Positions 9,472-18,779 of a stretch of 64,000 nt of DNA are shown piece after piece. The translations under genes were made by a program, and so were the position numbers. The notes under the pieces are model-generated. The model saw nothing but the letters and a program-made list of their open reading frames with translations, was not told where the DNA came from and ran no database searches. Source of the stretch: an uncultured Actinomycetes bacterium (GTDB lineage: Bacteria > Actinomycetota > Acidimicrobiia > Acidimicrobiales > JACDEA01); the NCBI GenBank assembly GCA_963742585.1, contig CAVUMI010000005.1, forward strand, positions 52,908-116,907, read 5' to 3'. Position 1 is the first letter of the stretch; each line of letters starts with the position of its first letter.

Positions 9472-9475
9472 CGGG

Positions 9476-10030
9476 TCACCTGCGGGCGAGCTGCAGGACT
9501 TCTTGCGGGTTGAAGCTGCCGAACCACCGCTTGATCTCCAGGCCGCTTTCGTCGAACAGCACCGCGGCAGGCTGTCCGCGGATACCCAACGCCCGCCACG
9601 AGTGACCGCTGCCGTCCCACAGCAGACTGAACGTCACGCCGCGACTGGTGCGGAACTCCTTGGCTTTGTCGAACGTGTCCTGGGTCCCGAGACCGATCAC
9701 GGTCAGAGTGTCTTGATGGGCTCGAGCGAACTGCTCGACGCCGGGCGCCTCCCGGCGGCAATGCGGTCAGTGTGGTGCCCACATCCACACCAGGAGCGGC
9801 GTGGACGCGGGCACGAAAGACCGCAGCGCGACCTTCCGACCCGTCGCGACGTCGAGCACCTCGACGGCGGGTAGGTCCGGCTCGACCGCTGGTTGCGCGG
9901 AGGCCGCGGTCGCATCGGGTGTCATGACGGGCGCGGAGAGCGTCGTCGGCACCGCCGTGCGAGTGCCGCTGCTCTGTCCGCAGCCGGCGAGGGCAGCAAA
10001 CGCCAAGAGCCCCGCCAGGATCCGTCTCAC
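9476..10030 (-). CDS. TlpA/ResA/DsbA-like thioredoxin-fold lipoprotein with an in-frame TGA at the first active-site Cys (candidate selenoprotein, or pseudogene)
   Basis: ORFs 9767..10030 and 9476..9700 are in the same frame, separated only by TGA (9769..9767). The read-through is ...PLLVWMWAPH-[TGA]-PHCRREAPGVEQFARAHQDTLTVIGLGTQDTF... The N-terminus MRRILAGLLAFAALAGCG carries a lipobox. Confidence 0.6.
9739..9757 (-). other. SECIS-like hairpin, 8 nt downstream of the in-frame UGA
   Basis: The mRNA reads UGA-CCGCAUUG-CGCCGGG-AGGCG-CCCGGCG. This is a perfect 7-bp G/C stem with a 5-nt loop that has G at position 2. Confidence 0.4.
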
Positions 10031-10175
10031 GTCTCCGACCCTAAGGCGCCGGATCGTGTCAGCGATCGCGGGCCGTCGTCCGTGTGTGTCGGTTCCCCGG
10101 CCATCCGTGCGGTCGGGCGCAGGGGTCGAGATATGACCGTAATGCCATCGTCCATTTCGGGACTACATCTGACGG

Positions 10176-10763
10176 ATGCCGTCCTCGCCTGGATTGGAGA
10201 TGCTCGACGAGGCCGGCACACCAGTCGCCGCGCCCGGCCGGTGGCTCGATGAGCCGTCGCGCGCCGAGGAGTCCGTGCTGGGGTTGGCGCGCGCGCCAGT
10301 GTTGGACGTGGGCTGCGGTCCCGGCCGGCACGTGCTCGCGTTGATGCGTCGCGGTATTTCTGCGATCGGGATCGACGTCGCCGCGCCAGTCGTCGAGCTT
10401 GCGCAGCGGCGTGGTGCGCTGGTCGCCCACGGATCGGTGTTCGACGCGCTGCCTCGGGAGTGGGGGACCGTGTTGCTCCTCGACGGGAATGTGGGCATCG
10501 GCGGCGACGCGCCGGTGCTTCTGCGACGCGTCGCCGAACTCGTCGCGCCCGGCGGCCGCGTTCTGGTCGAGGCCTCGCCACCGCGCACCCCGCAGCGCCG
10601 GCGGATCGTGCAACTCCGGCTCGGGGGCGCGGTCGGTGCCCGCTTCCTCTGGAGCGACGTGGGCGTTGACCATGTGGTGGCCAGCGCTCCCGATGCGGGG
10701 TTGCGACTTCGTCGCTGCTGGCTCGACGAGAACAGATGGTTCGTGTGGCTGGATCGCGCCTAG
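10176..10763 (+). CDS. Class I SAM-dependent methyltransferase (start possibly at ATG 10200)
   Basis: Contains VLDVGCGPGRH (motif I) and LVAPGGRVLVE. It is a paralog of the 55010..55729 product. Confidence 0.75.
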   Translation: MPSSPGLEMLDEAGTPVAAPGRWLDEPSRAEESVLGLARAPVLDVGCGPGRHVLALMRRGISAIGIDVAAPVVELAQRRGALVAHGSVFDALPREWGTVLLLDGNVGIGGDAPVLLRRVAELVAPGGRVLVEASPPRTPQRRRIVQLRLGGAVGARFLWSDVGVDHVVASAPDAGLRLRRCWLDENRWFVWLDRA

Positions 10764-10834
10764 CCCGCGAGTGCGCGTCGGCAGCGCCGGCCGTCACGAG
10801 GGCTCGAGCGACTCGGGGGCCGGCGCGCCGAGCG

Positions 10835-10866
10835 GGTGACCTTCGGGTTATCAGAGGTGACCTTCG
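10835..10866. repeat. 11-bp direct repeat GGTGACCTTCG x2, 21-bp period, in a 360-bp non-coding stretch
   Basis: Exact copies at 10835..10845 and 10856..10866. Confidence 0.6.
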
Positions 10867-11020
10867 AGCTGACGACGGCGTCGACGTGTCAACAGTTTGG
10901 CGACGCGACTTGCGCAGACGACCGCCGACCAGCACCTACGAGATCGCACGAACCTCGGCCCGAAAGCGGCACTGGCCAGCACAAACGCCGCCGGACGCAT
11001 ACGAGCGCAGACGAAGCTCG

Positions 11021-11062
11021 GGATCCCACACCACCCCCGCCACTCACGCCACCCCCGCACTA
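11021..11062 (+). repeat. Degenerate copies of a tRNA 3'-end (att-scar-like)
   Basis: GGGATCCCACACCACCCCCGCCACT (a collapsed T-arm plus the acceptor 3' strand) contains the 14-mer CCACCCCCGCCACT, identical to 18888..18901. A second partial copy, CCACCCCCGCACT, is at 11050..11062. Confidence 0.4.
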
Positions 11063-11125
11063 AATCCGCAGGGTCAGGCGCCCCTCACTCGAACGGAGCC
11101 ATCAGGTCCGTAGGTTGGTGCGGCC

Positions 11126-11776
11126 GTGGCAGAACTGTCGGGCTCCCAGAGTGCTCCGAGACGCCGGGCGGTCGCGTGGGTGAAGGAGGACCCCTTCGGC
11201 GTCGAATTCGCAGAGATCGCGATCGCGGACGACCGCCTCACAGCAGTGGGCGTAGCCATCGGTACTCGGCCAACTCCGTACCGGCTCGACTACCGGCTCG
11301 AAACCGGCTCAGCGTTCGTGACGACGCGCCTGGGTGTAACGAGCATCGGCGACGGATGGAGTCGTGAACTCGACCTCCGCCGCGACCTAGACGGTGTTTG
11401 GCACGCTGCGACGAGCGAGGAAGGACACCTCGACCTGCCACCGGCCGGGGTCGAGGTAGCCGGCATGGAGCAGGCCCTGGACTGCGACCTTGGCCTATCT
11501 CCCGTAACCAACATGATGCCGATACTTCGCCACAACCTCCTTCAGCGTGAGCGGACTATCGAGTTCACGATGGCCTGGGTCTCGGTGCCGGCGCTCACTG
11601 TTCGCGCCGATGGTCAGCGCTACGCCCACATCAGCTCTCGTCCGGATCGCCACGTCATTCGCTACGAAGCGATCGACGGCACCTTCGCGGCCGACATCAC
11701 CGTGGACGGCGATGGCGTCGTGATCGACTACCCGGGCATCGCCCAGCGACTGCCCGTCGTCCCAAAGGGGCTCTGA
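11126..11776 (+). CDS. Putative glycolipid-binding domain protein (DUF1089-like)
   Basis: AWVKEDPFGVEFAEI...YRLDYRLETG...LDCDLGLSPVTNMMPILRH resembles the family pattern as I recall it. Confidence 0.55.
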   Translation: MAELSGSQSAPRRRAVAWVKEDPFGVEFAEIAIADDRLTAVGVAIGTRPTPYRLDYRLETGSAFVTTRLGVTSIGDGWSRELDLRRDLDGVWHAATSEEGHLDLPPAGVEVAGMEQALDCDLGLSPVTNMMPILRHNLLQRERTIEFTMAWVSVPALTVRADGQRYAHISSRPDRHVIRYEAIDGTFAADITVDGDGVVIDYPGIAQRLPVVPKGL

Positions 11777-11823
11777 ATCGGTCGCCGTCGCAGAGGCCCG
11801 ACGGACTTTCGGATTAAGCGCGG

Positions 11824-12783
11824 CTAGAAGGCAGCCACGTCGCTGGGGCAGCGCTTGTTGTTCTCGGCCGCCTGCTGTGCGCCGTCGCCGCACTGCGCTG
11901 AACAGTCCAACGGCGCGGACGAGCGGGTTTCGCCCCGGCTCGGTTCGCACACGCCGTCCACGGCGCTGGGCTGCGGCAACAGCGGCGAGTTCGGCCACAG
12001 CGAAGCGCGGCCACCGTCGCCTGTCGCAGTGTTTGGGAACCAGATGGTCAGGACGAACTCGGTGAGATCCATCGACTTGACCCATCCGGCGCCCGCCACG
12101 ATGGCGTCCATTGTCGGCGCCAGCAACAGCTTTACGAACGCGACGACGTCGGTGCCGGGAAGCGGCAGCGCCCGCTCGGCGTACGAGACGATCTCGGCGA
12201 CATTCGTCGTCGGGTCGAACAGCATCCACACCGCGGCGAGACCCCGGCGTTGGGCCTCAGCGCGCACACTTGGCCACCCGCCCTGGAGCGCGGCGAGGCC
12301 TTGGTCCATGGGGAGTTGCCACCGTTCGGTCCGCATGGCGACACGGTTGGCATTGACGGGGGAGAAGTCGCGCGCACCTACGGTCACCCAGGGTCGGCAA
12401 TCAGGATCCTGGAAGTAGGGCCGCTGGAGGAAGTGCGTGCCGTCTAGCACGAAGTCGTTCACGACCCAGTTGAAGTAGTCCTGCGCATGCGCGTACGTGT
12501 CGAACAGATAGCGGCCGCCCGAGCGCACCGACTGCGTCTTGGCGTCGACGACGAGGGGCAGGTGCTTGTCGACCATGCCGGGTCGCCGCGCCATGTAGAT
12601 GCGGTCCCGCTCGATGACCGCGGCGAGATCCTGCGTGAGAGCGCCGGGTCCGATGCCGAAGTCGCAGGTGAACGCGCCGGCCGGGGCGGCGCTGTCGCCG
12701 ACCGCGCCGGCCGCGGCGCCGCGGCCCATCGGGGTCAGACTGAGCGCGGCGGCGAGAACGATTACTCGGAAAGTGCGGCTCAT
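11824..12783 (-). CDS. Secreted hypothetical protein with a Cys-rich C-terminal tail
   Basis: ATG 12783 overlaps the upstream stop (ATGA). The signal peptide is MSRTFRVIVLAAALSLTPMGRGAAAGA. The tail is ...VCEPSRGETRSSAPLDCSAQCGDGAQQAAENNKRCPSD. I recognise no family. Confidence 0.6.
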   Translation of the reverse strand: MSRTFRVIVLAAALSLTPMGRGAAAGAVGDSAAPAGAFTCDFGIGPGALTQDLAAVIERDRIYMARRPGMVDKHLPLVVDAKTQSVRSGGRYLFDTYAHAQDYFNWVVNDFVLDGTHFLQRPYFQDPDCRPWVTVGARDFSPVNANRVAMRTERWQLPMDQGLAALQGGWPSVRAEAQRRGLAAVWMLFDPTTNVAEIVSYAERALPLPGTDVVAFVKLLLAPTMDAIVAGAGWVKSMDLTEFVLTIWFPNTATGDGGRASLWPNSPLLPQPSAVDGVCEPSRGETRSSAPLDCSAQCGDGAQQAAENNKRCPSDVAAF

Positions 12784-14036
12784 GAGGGGCATCCCGCCGG
12801 GCGCAAGCGGGCTACGACCTCGTCGGCGATGCGGCGGCCGGCGGTCAGCCCCGCTTGATTGCTGAACTCGAAGTGCTGGCCGCCGAGAACGCGGGACCGG
12901 CCGACCTCAGCCGCAGCGGCCGAGAAGCTGGCATACGAGCGGTCCGCGCCGCCACCCGAGTCGCTGGTGATGGTGAACGAGATGTCGTCCCGGCAAAAGA
13001 ACTGCGCAAGCACTTCGGCGCCGGCTCCGCTGAAGGAGCTGTGCCCCGAGAAGTGCTCGGGCGTGCCGGCCACTTTGTCGCGACCCGTCCACGGTTCGCC
13101 GTCGGTGTCGGAGTTTCCGTCGTCGTCGCCCTCGTTGATCGCGGTTTCCGGTCGCCAGTACCCGTAATCGAACTTCGCCTCGTTCGTCGGTCCGACGGTG
13201 TCGGCCAGCGCCATGCTCTCGAGCGCGAACAGCTGGGCGGTTTCCTCCAGCGACAGGCCCTGGACGGCGGAGACTGTCTGCGCGATCTGCAGCCATGCAC
13301 CCGGCGGCTGGTTCGTGCCGCCGCTCAGCTTCCAGAACCCGTACGTGGCGGCCGCGGCCGGATCGGGTGCCTTCGAGCCGACTGCCTTCACGTCGTTGAA
13401 CGCCGAGGTGTAGGCGGGACTGTCCATCGCCGGCAGCGGCGCCTCGGCGTAGGGCGCGGGGTCGGCGAGGGCGAACGGACGCAAGTGGCGGAAGTGAGCG
13501 TCCCACGGGGAACGGAACTGGCCGATCCCGCTGCGTGCCGGCACCATCTCCGAGCCGGCCGCACCGTCGTCGGCGCGGGCCGCCACAACCGCCGCGGCGA
13601 CTCGGGCGCCCCACGCCTGCCCATGCGCCACGTCGCCACGCATCGACGCAACATCGGCATCGAGCTGCGCGTCGTACGTATCCCTATGGCTCGGGTAGAG
13701 CGCGACGAGGACATGGTGGGCGGCGGTCGCGGCCGCCGCGACCGGATCGCCCTTTGCGCCACGTTCAGGTGCAACGAGCGCGGGTGGCGCCGGCCGCTTG
13801 GCGAGACCGTTGACGGCGTCGAACATGGCGACGTTCACCATCGCGTAGAGCCGTGCAGCGAGCGCATCGCTTCCGGAGGTCTGGCGGATGGTGTTGAACG
13901 CCACCGTTGTCCATACCCGAACGACGTCGCCGTTCGGCCGAGGACGTGCCTCGGCGGCGCCGGTGGCTGTCCACGTGACGCTCACGGTCGCGGCGACCAA
14001 CGCGATTGCGACGTGCCGTGTCTTTGCCCCGATCAT
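12780..14036 (-). CDS. Secreted PAP2-superfamily protein, vanadium-dependent haloperoxidase-like
   Basis: Has a signal peptide (MIGAKTRHVAIALVAATVSVTWTATGAAEA). Motifs are KFDYGYWRP (Kx6RP), FSGHSS (SGH) and SRVLGGQH (SRx5H). ATG 14036 overlaps the methyltransferase stop (ATGA). Confidence 0.65.
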   Translation of the reverse strand: MIGAKTRHVAIALVAATVSVTWTATGAAEARPRPNGDVVRVWTTVAFNTIRQTSGSDALAARLYAMVNVAMFDAVNGLAKRPAPPALVAPERGAKGDPVAAAATAAHHVLVALYPSHRDTYDAQLDADVASMRGDVAHGQAWGARVAAAVVAARADDGAAGSEMVPARSGIGQFRSPWDAHFRHLRPFALADPAPYAEAPLPAMDSPAYTSAFNDVKAVGSKAPDPAAAATYGFWKLSGGTNQPPGAWLQIAQTVSAVQGLSLEETAQLFALESMALADTVGPTNEAKFDYGYWRPETAINEGDDDGNSDTDGEPWTGRDKVAGTPEHFSGHSSFSGAGAEVLAQFFCRDDISFTITSDSGGGADRSYASFSAAAAEVGRSRVLGGQHFEFSNQAGLTAGRRIADEVVARLRPAGCPS

Positions 14037-15091
14037 GGCCGCACCTCGTACACCGCGTTGAACGGCGTCTCGGTGGCGCGGCGGAAGCGGGTAAAGCCGC
14101 CCTGCAGAACGACGTCGCGCATGCGCGCGTCTCCGGCTTGCGCGCCGAGCGCGAGACCGACCTCCTGGCTGCGGGAGGCGGGGACGCAGATGAGCGTCGA
14201 CGCCGAGTAGAAGATCCGACCGACGGGGTTCAGGTTGTCCTCGAGCGCGTCGCAGGCATTGGGCTCGACGATCATCCACGTGCCCTCCGCCGCCAGCGCG
14301 GCCCGCACGTGCTTGGCGGCGCCGACCGGATCGCCCATGTCGTGCAGGCAATCGAAGGACGTGACGAGGTCGAGCTCGGTCCCGCTGAACGATGCCGCGG
14401 TGGCGACTTCGAACGTGCAACGATCGCTGACGCCCGCCTCCGCGGCTGCGTTGCGTGCCGCTTCGATCGACGGTGCGTGGGGGTCGCTGCCGACGAAGGT
14501 CGAGTCGGGATACGCCTTGGCCATCAGGATGGTCGAGGACCCGTAGCCGCAGCCGATGTCGGCCACGCGGGCGCCGTTCTCCAACTGGGCAACGACGCCG
14601 TCGAGTGCGGGGAGCCAGTTCTCGACGATGTTGCCGATGTAGTTGGGGCGGAAGAAGCGGTCGGTGCCCTGGAACAGGTTGTCGTCGTGCTCGCCCCAGT
14701 CGATCCCGTCACCGGACCGCATCGCGTCGGCGACGAGGCCGACGTCGGCGATGGTCGAGGCGGCCAGCTGAAGGCCGCCCGGCGCGAACACGGGATTGTC
14801 GGGGTTCGTCAGCGCAAACGCCTGCTCTTCGGTCAGGTGAAACGTGCCGTTGGTGGCGTCGTACTCGGCGTAACCGCTCGCAGCTTGCGCCGCCAGCCAC
14901 TCCGCCAGGTAGCGCTCGTCGCAGCCGGTGCGCTTCGCCAGTTCGGCCGGTGTGACCGGCTGTTCCGCGCCCATGGCCGCGTACAGCCCGAGCCGGTCGC
15001 CGACGAGCACGGTCGCGGCGTGCAGCACCGCACCCAGGTCACCGGCAAACCGTCCGACGAACTCGTCGAGGCGCTTTTCGTCAATTGCCAT
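14033..15091 (-). CDS. Class I SAM-dependent methyltransferase with an N-terminal winged-helix-like domain
   Basis: ATG 15091 is preceded by AAGGAGAG. Contains VADIGCGYGSS (motif I). 352 aa. Confidence 0.8.
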   Translation of the reverse strand: MAIDEKRLDEFVGRFAGDLGAVLHAATVLVGDRLGLYAAMGAEQPVTPAELAKRTGCDERYLAEWLAAQAASGYAEYDATNGTFHLTEEQAFALTNPDNPVFAPGGLQLAASTIADVGLVADAMRSGDGIDWGEHDDNLFQGTDRFFRPNYIGNIVENWLPALDGVVAQLENGARVADIGCGYGSSTILMAKAYPDSTFVGSDPHAPSIEAARNAAAEAGVSDRCTFEVATAASFSGTELDLVTSFDCLHDMGDPVGAAKHVRAALAAEGTWMIVEPNACDALEDNLNPVGRIFYSASTLICVPASRSQEVGLALGAQAGDARMRDVVLQGGFTRFRRATETPFNAVYEVRP

Positions 15092-15113
15092 TTGACTCTC
15101 CTTTGTTCGAGGT

Positions 15114-15680
15114 TCAGTCGACCTTGATGGCCGACACGTCGAGTTCGATCTCGATGCGGTCGCTGACGACGACGCCCCCCGTGTCGAGCGTCTGGTTCCA
15201 CGTGAGGCCCCAGTCGCTGCGCTTGAGCGCACCCGAACCGGAGAAGCCCACGCGGTGCTGGCCGTAGGGGTCGACGCAGGTGCCCTGGTAGACGAGGTCC
15301 AGGTGGACAAGCCGCGCGATTCCCTTGATGGTCAGATCGCCGGCGACGCGGTAACGGTCGCGGCCCCGGACCGTGATGGCCGTCGTCGCAAAGGTGATCG
15401 TCGGGTGGCGGTCGACGTCGAAGAAGTCGGGCGAGCGCAGGTGAGCATCCCGGTCGGGGTTGCTCGTTCGTATGCTCGTCGCGTCGATCGTCAAGGCGAC
15501 GGACGAGTTGGTGGGATCGGACCCGTCGACGTGGAGCCGGCCGTCGACGCCCTCGAACCAGCCGTGGACGCGTGCCACGAGCAGGTGGCGTGCCGCGAAG
15601 CCGATGCGGGTGTGCGCGGGGTCGAACTGGTAGCTACCGGCGAGGTCGTGGAGGACGTCGATCGACGCAGAAACAGTCAT
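15114..15680 (-). CDS. YceI-family (polyisoprenoid-binding-like) protein
   Basis: YQFDPAHTRIGFAARHLLVARVHGWF...IRTSNPDRDAHLRSPDFFDV...FSGSGALKRSDWGL is a typical YceI signature. Confidence 0.85.
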   Translation of the reverse strand: MTVSASIDVLHDLAGSYQFDPAHTRIGFAARHLLVARVHGWFEGVDGRLHVDGSDPTNSSVALTIDATSIRTSNPDRDAHLRSPDFFDVDRHPTITFATTAITVRGRDRYRVAGDLTIKGIARLVHLDLVYQGTCVDPYGQHRVGFSGSGALKRSDWGLTWNQTLDTGGVVVSDRIEIELDVSAIKVD

Positions 15681-15791
15681 GGGTTCGCACCTTTCGTTGG
15701 ACTGCGATGTGCTGAGCGTGCGGGATGACGCGTGCGGTCTCGCGTGCGGCGGGCGTGCGCGCCGGAATTCAGGTGCGCTGGAGGCGCCGTG

Positions 15792-18731
15792 TCACCGCGG
15801 AGGCGAAGGTGACGGAGTCGGCGTCGTCGAGGCGTTCGCCGCGCTGCACGGCAGCTTCGAACTCGCCTTGTCCGAGCTCGGCGGCCAGGGTTCGCACGAC
15901 CGCCTGCAGCCGGTCCGCCTCCGGGCCGTACGGGGAGAGGTCCGGTTGAAGGTCGCGCACGCTCCGTAGAGCACCGCGGCTTCTTCGTACGCGCCGAGCC
16001 GACTGATCAACTCGACGAGATTGCGCAGCGTAAGCCACAGCTGCGTCCACCCACCGCTACGACGCCAGTACTCGATCACTTCCTCGAACAGCGGTAGCGC
16101 AAGCGCCGGATCGCCGTGGCGGCCGCGAAGTGACGTGTTGGACACCAAGGCGTTGCCGGTCATGAACACGTTGTCCGCAGCACGCGCGAACGCGAGAGCC
16201 TCGCCGATCGGCTCCAACGCGTGCACGGGATCGACGTCGAGCACGGACTCGCCCTCCGAGTAGTAGATCAGCGCCATCATCGTCGGATTTCCCGTCGGCA
16301 CCGCGACTTGCCGCGCCTGCTCGGTCAGCGCCTTCGCGGCCGGGATGTCGCCGCGCTTGGCGACGATGACCCCCAGATTGCACAAGCCCCATACCTCACC
16401 CTGGTCGTAGCCGGCGAGCTGCCAGAGACGGGTGAATGCGATCGAGTATTCGGGGGCCTCATCGAGGCGTCCACTAAGAAGACAGATGCCTGCGAGCGCT
16501 TCAGTCGGCAGCGCCCGGCGAAGGTCGTCACCGTCGTCGCACAACGCGAGCGCGCGCTCGGCGTAGTCCGTTGCAATGTCCATCTCCCCACGGTGCATCC
16601 GGCGAACCGCGGTGCAACCAAGTACCACCGGGAACAACGGGTGGTCCTGCATCGCAGGGAGATCGACCAGCGCTTCGGCCCAGCTGAGGATCTCGTCGTT
16701 CGCCTGCCAGGTCGCAAACCGGTGCAGTGCGACCGACAGGCGGATGGCCACGTCGGGATCGCCGCCTTCGCCGCGCGACCACTCGTGGGCCGCCCGCAGG
16801 TTGTCGAGTTCGCCGTGCAGCCGCCGCGCCCAGTCACGCTCGTGTGGACCGCGCAGTGCGACCTCGGCTTCCTCGGCCAGGCGGAGGAAGTAGCGGGCGT
16901 GCGCAGTGCCGACTGTTTCCCGCTCACGACGCGCCTCGAGGTGTTCGACGCCGTAGAGACGGAGCGTTTCGAGCATGCCGTAGCGCGGTGGGCCCGACGG
17001 AGTCGGCGGTACGACCATTGACTTCTCGGCCAGCCCGGCGACGAGGGCAGCCGCGTCGGCATCCGAGACCGCGCTCGGCGCGCACACCGCGGCGGCTGCG
17101 TCGAGCGTCCAGCCCCCGGCAAAGACGGAGAGCCGGTCGAACATTGCTCGCTCGGTGTCGTCGAGCAACCCGTACGACCAGTCGACGAGTGCCCGCAGTG
17201 TCCGGTGGCGCTCATCCTCGTTGCGCGGACCTGAGGTCAGCAGTGTGAACCGGTTGCGGAGCCGTTGCGCCAAGTCCTGCGCGGTCAGAACACCTAATCG
17301 GGACGCGGCGATTTCCAGGGCCAGCGGCAGGCCGTCGAGCCCGCGACAGATCTCGACCACCGCGCCGGTGTTCGGTTCGTCGAGCACAAAGCCGGCCCGC
17401 GTGGCGCACGCTCGATCGAGAAACAACGCCACTGCGGGCGACGCCAGGACGTCTGCCGGCTCGGCGGTCGCCGATGGTACGGACAGGGGAAGGACGGGCC
17501 AGACGTGCTCGCCGTCGACACCAAGGCGCTCGCGGCTCGTCGCCACGATCGTGACGTGCGGACAACGCCGAGCCAACGCGTCGACGAGATGTGCCGCGGC
17601 GTGCAGAACGTGTTCGCAGTTGTCGACGACCAGCAGCATCCGGCGGTGTCGGAGCGAAGCGACCAGCGCCTCCACGACGTCGACTCCGGGAGCGAGGACG
17701 ACGCCTAACGTCGTGGCGACCGCATGCGGGACGGCGTCAGCGGAGTTCAGCCGCGCCAACTCGACGACCCATGTTCCGTCCGGAAATGCGGCGGCGACGG
17801 TCTCGGCCAGGCGCAACGCGAGGCGGCTCTTGCCCACTCCGCCGACGCCGACCAGGGACATCAGGCGCACCCGGTCGACCAGGTCGGCCAGCGCGGCGAC
17901 GTCGTTGTCTCGCCCGACAAACGTGGTGATCGCCGGCGCGAGATTGCCCAGGCCCTCCGGACGCGCCGCGGGCGGCTCTGCGGTGATGAGGTCCGGCGCT
18001 TGGGCCAAGATCTGGCTCTCGACTTCGCGCAGGACGGCCGAGGGTTCAAGCCCCAGCTCCTCGGCGAGTCGTTCCCGGAAGCGCTGGTAGAGCCGGAGGG
18101 CATCGACCTGACGACCGGCGGACGCCATCGCCCGCATCAGCTGCGCGTGCGGACGCTCGCGCAATGGATGCGCGGCGACCACGCCCTCCAACACGCTGAG
18201 CGCCTCAGCGGTGCGCGCGACCGCCAGCAGCGCGTCGGCGCGCATTTCGACCGCAGTCTGGTGCAGCTCCTCGAGACGAACCGCCTCGGCACGCGCCAGT
18301 TCGTCGTCGGCGAACTCGGCGAAGGCAGGACCGCGCCACAGCGTCAGCGCGGCGTCCAGCAGCGCGAGCGCGCCGCCCGGGTCGTCGGCCAACCGGGTCT
18401 GCGCCTCGCCTAACAGGGCGCAGAACTCGAGGGCGTCGAGCTGGTGGACGCTGAGCTCGATCGCGTACCCGGGGGGTCGCGTGACGATGGGTGCGGGTTG
18501 CTCTGGCGTACGTAGCCGACGCCGCAGACGGGCCACATATGTCTGCAGGGCGTTGCGGTCCGAATGCGGCGCGTCGTCTCCCCAGACTGCATCGATCAAG
18601 CGCGAGGTCGAGACCACGGCATTGGCGTCCACCAGTAGCGCGGCAAGGACCTTTCGCTCGTTGCGGCTACCGATGTCGACGAGGTGGCCGCCGCGCCGGA
18701 CCTCGAGCGAGCCGAGTACTCGAATCTCCAT
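15792..18731 (-). CDS. AfsR/SARP-family regulator (OmpR-type wHTH, BTAD, NB-ARC ATPase, TPR), with a possible frameshift in the last ~60 codons
   Basis: MEIRVLGSLEVRRGGHLVDIG...ALQTYVARLRRRL is the SARP DNA-binding domain, and VGVGGVGKSRLA is Walker A, followed by a long TPR-like tail. A more typical C-terminus (DLSPYGPEADRLQAVVRTLAAELGQGEFEAAVQRGERL) lies in another frame that ends at 15769. Confidence 0.85.
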   Translation of the reverse strand: MEIRVLGSLEVRRGGHLVDIGSRNERKVLAALLVDANAVVSTSRLIDAVWGDDAPHSDRNALQTYVARLRRRLRTPEQPAPIVTRPPGYAIELSVHQLDALEFCALLGEAQTRLADDPGGALALLDAALTLWRGPAFAEFADDELARAEAVRLEELHQTAVEMRADALLAVARTAEALSVLEGVVAAHPLRERPHAQLMRAMASAGRQVDALRLYQRFRERLAEELGLEPSAVLREVESQILAQAPDLITAEPPAARPEGLGNLAPAITTFVGRDNDVAALADLVDRVRLMSLVGVGGVGKSRLALRLAETVAAAFPDGTWVVELARLNSADAVPHAVATTLGVVLAPGVDVVEALVASLRHRRMLLVVDNCEHVLHAAAHLVDALARRCPHVTIVATSRERLGVDGEHVWPVLPLSVPSATAEPADVLASPAVALFLDRACATRAGFVLDEPNTGAVVEICRGLDGLPLALEIAASRLGVLTAQDLAQRLRNRFTLLTSGPRNEDERHRTLRALVDWSYGLLDDTERAMFDRLSVFAGGWTLDAAAAVCAPSAVSDADAAALVAGLAEKSMVVPPTPSGPPRYGMLETLRLYGVEHLEARRERETVGTAHARYFLRLAEEAEVALRGPHERDWARRLHGELDNLRAAHEWSRGEGGDPDVAIRLSVALHRFATWQANDEILSWAEALVDLPAMQDHPLFPVVLGCTAVRRMHRGEMDIATDYAERALALCDDGDDLRRALPTEALAGICLLSGRLDEAPEYSIAFTRLWQLAGYDQGEVWGLCNLGVIVAKRGDIPAAKALTEQARQVAVPTGNPTMMALIYYSEGESVLDVDPVHALEPIGEALAFARAADNVFMTGNALVSNTSLRGRHGDPALALPLFEEVIEYWRRSGGWTQLWLTLRNLVELISRLGAYEEAAVLYGACATFNRTSPRTARRRTGCRRSCEPWPPSSDKASSKLPCSAANASTTPTPSPSPPR

Positions 18732-18779
18732 GCCGCTGCCCAACGCGTTCAACGCTAGTAGGAAGCGCGCCGCGAAACG

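Noticed and set aside
5988-10030. A possible functional link between the DUF2064/GT2 pair and the candidate selenoprotein. As I recall, TIGRFAMs names some DUF2064 and GT2 subfamilies 'rSAM/selenodomain-associated transferases 1 and 2'.
   Set aside because: I cannot verify by eye that these two genes belong to those specific subfamilies. No radical-SAM/selenodomain gene is present, and the pair also occurs in organisms that do not use Sec. I keep it as a curiosity to test with the TIGR04282 and TIGR04283 HMMs, not as a claim.
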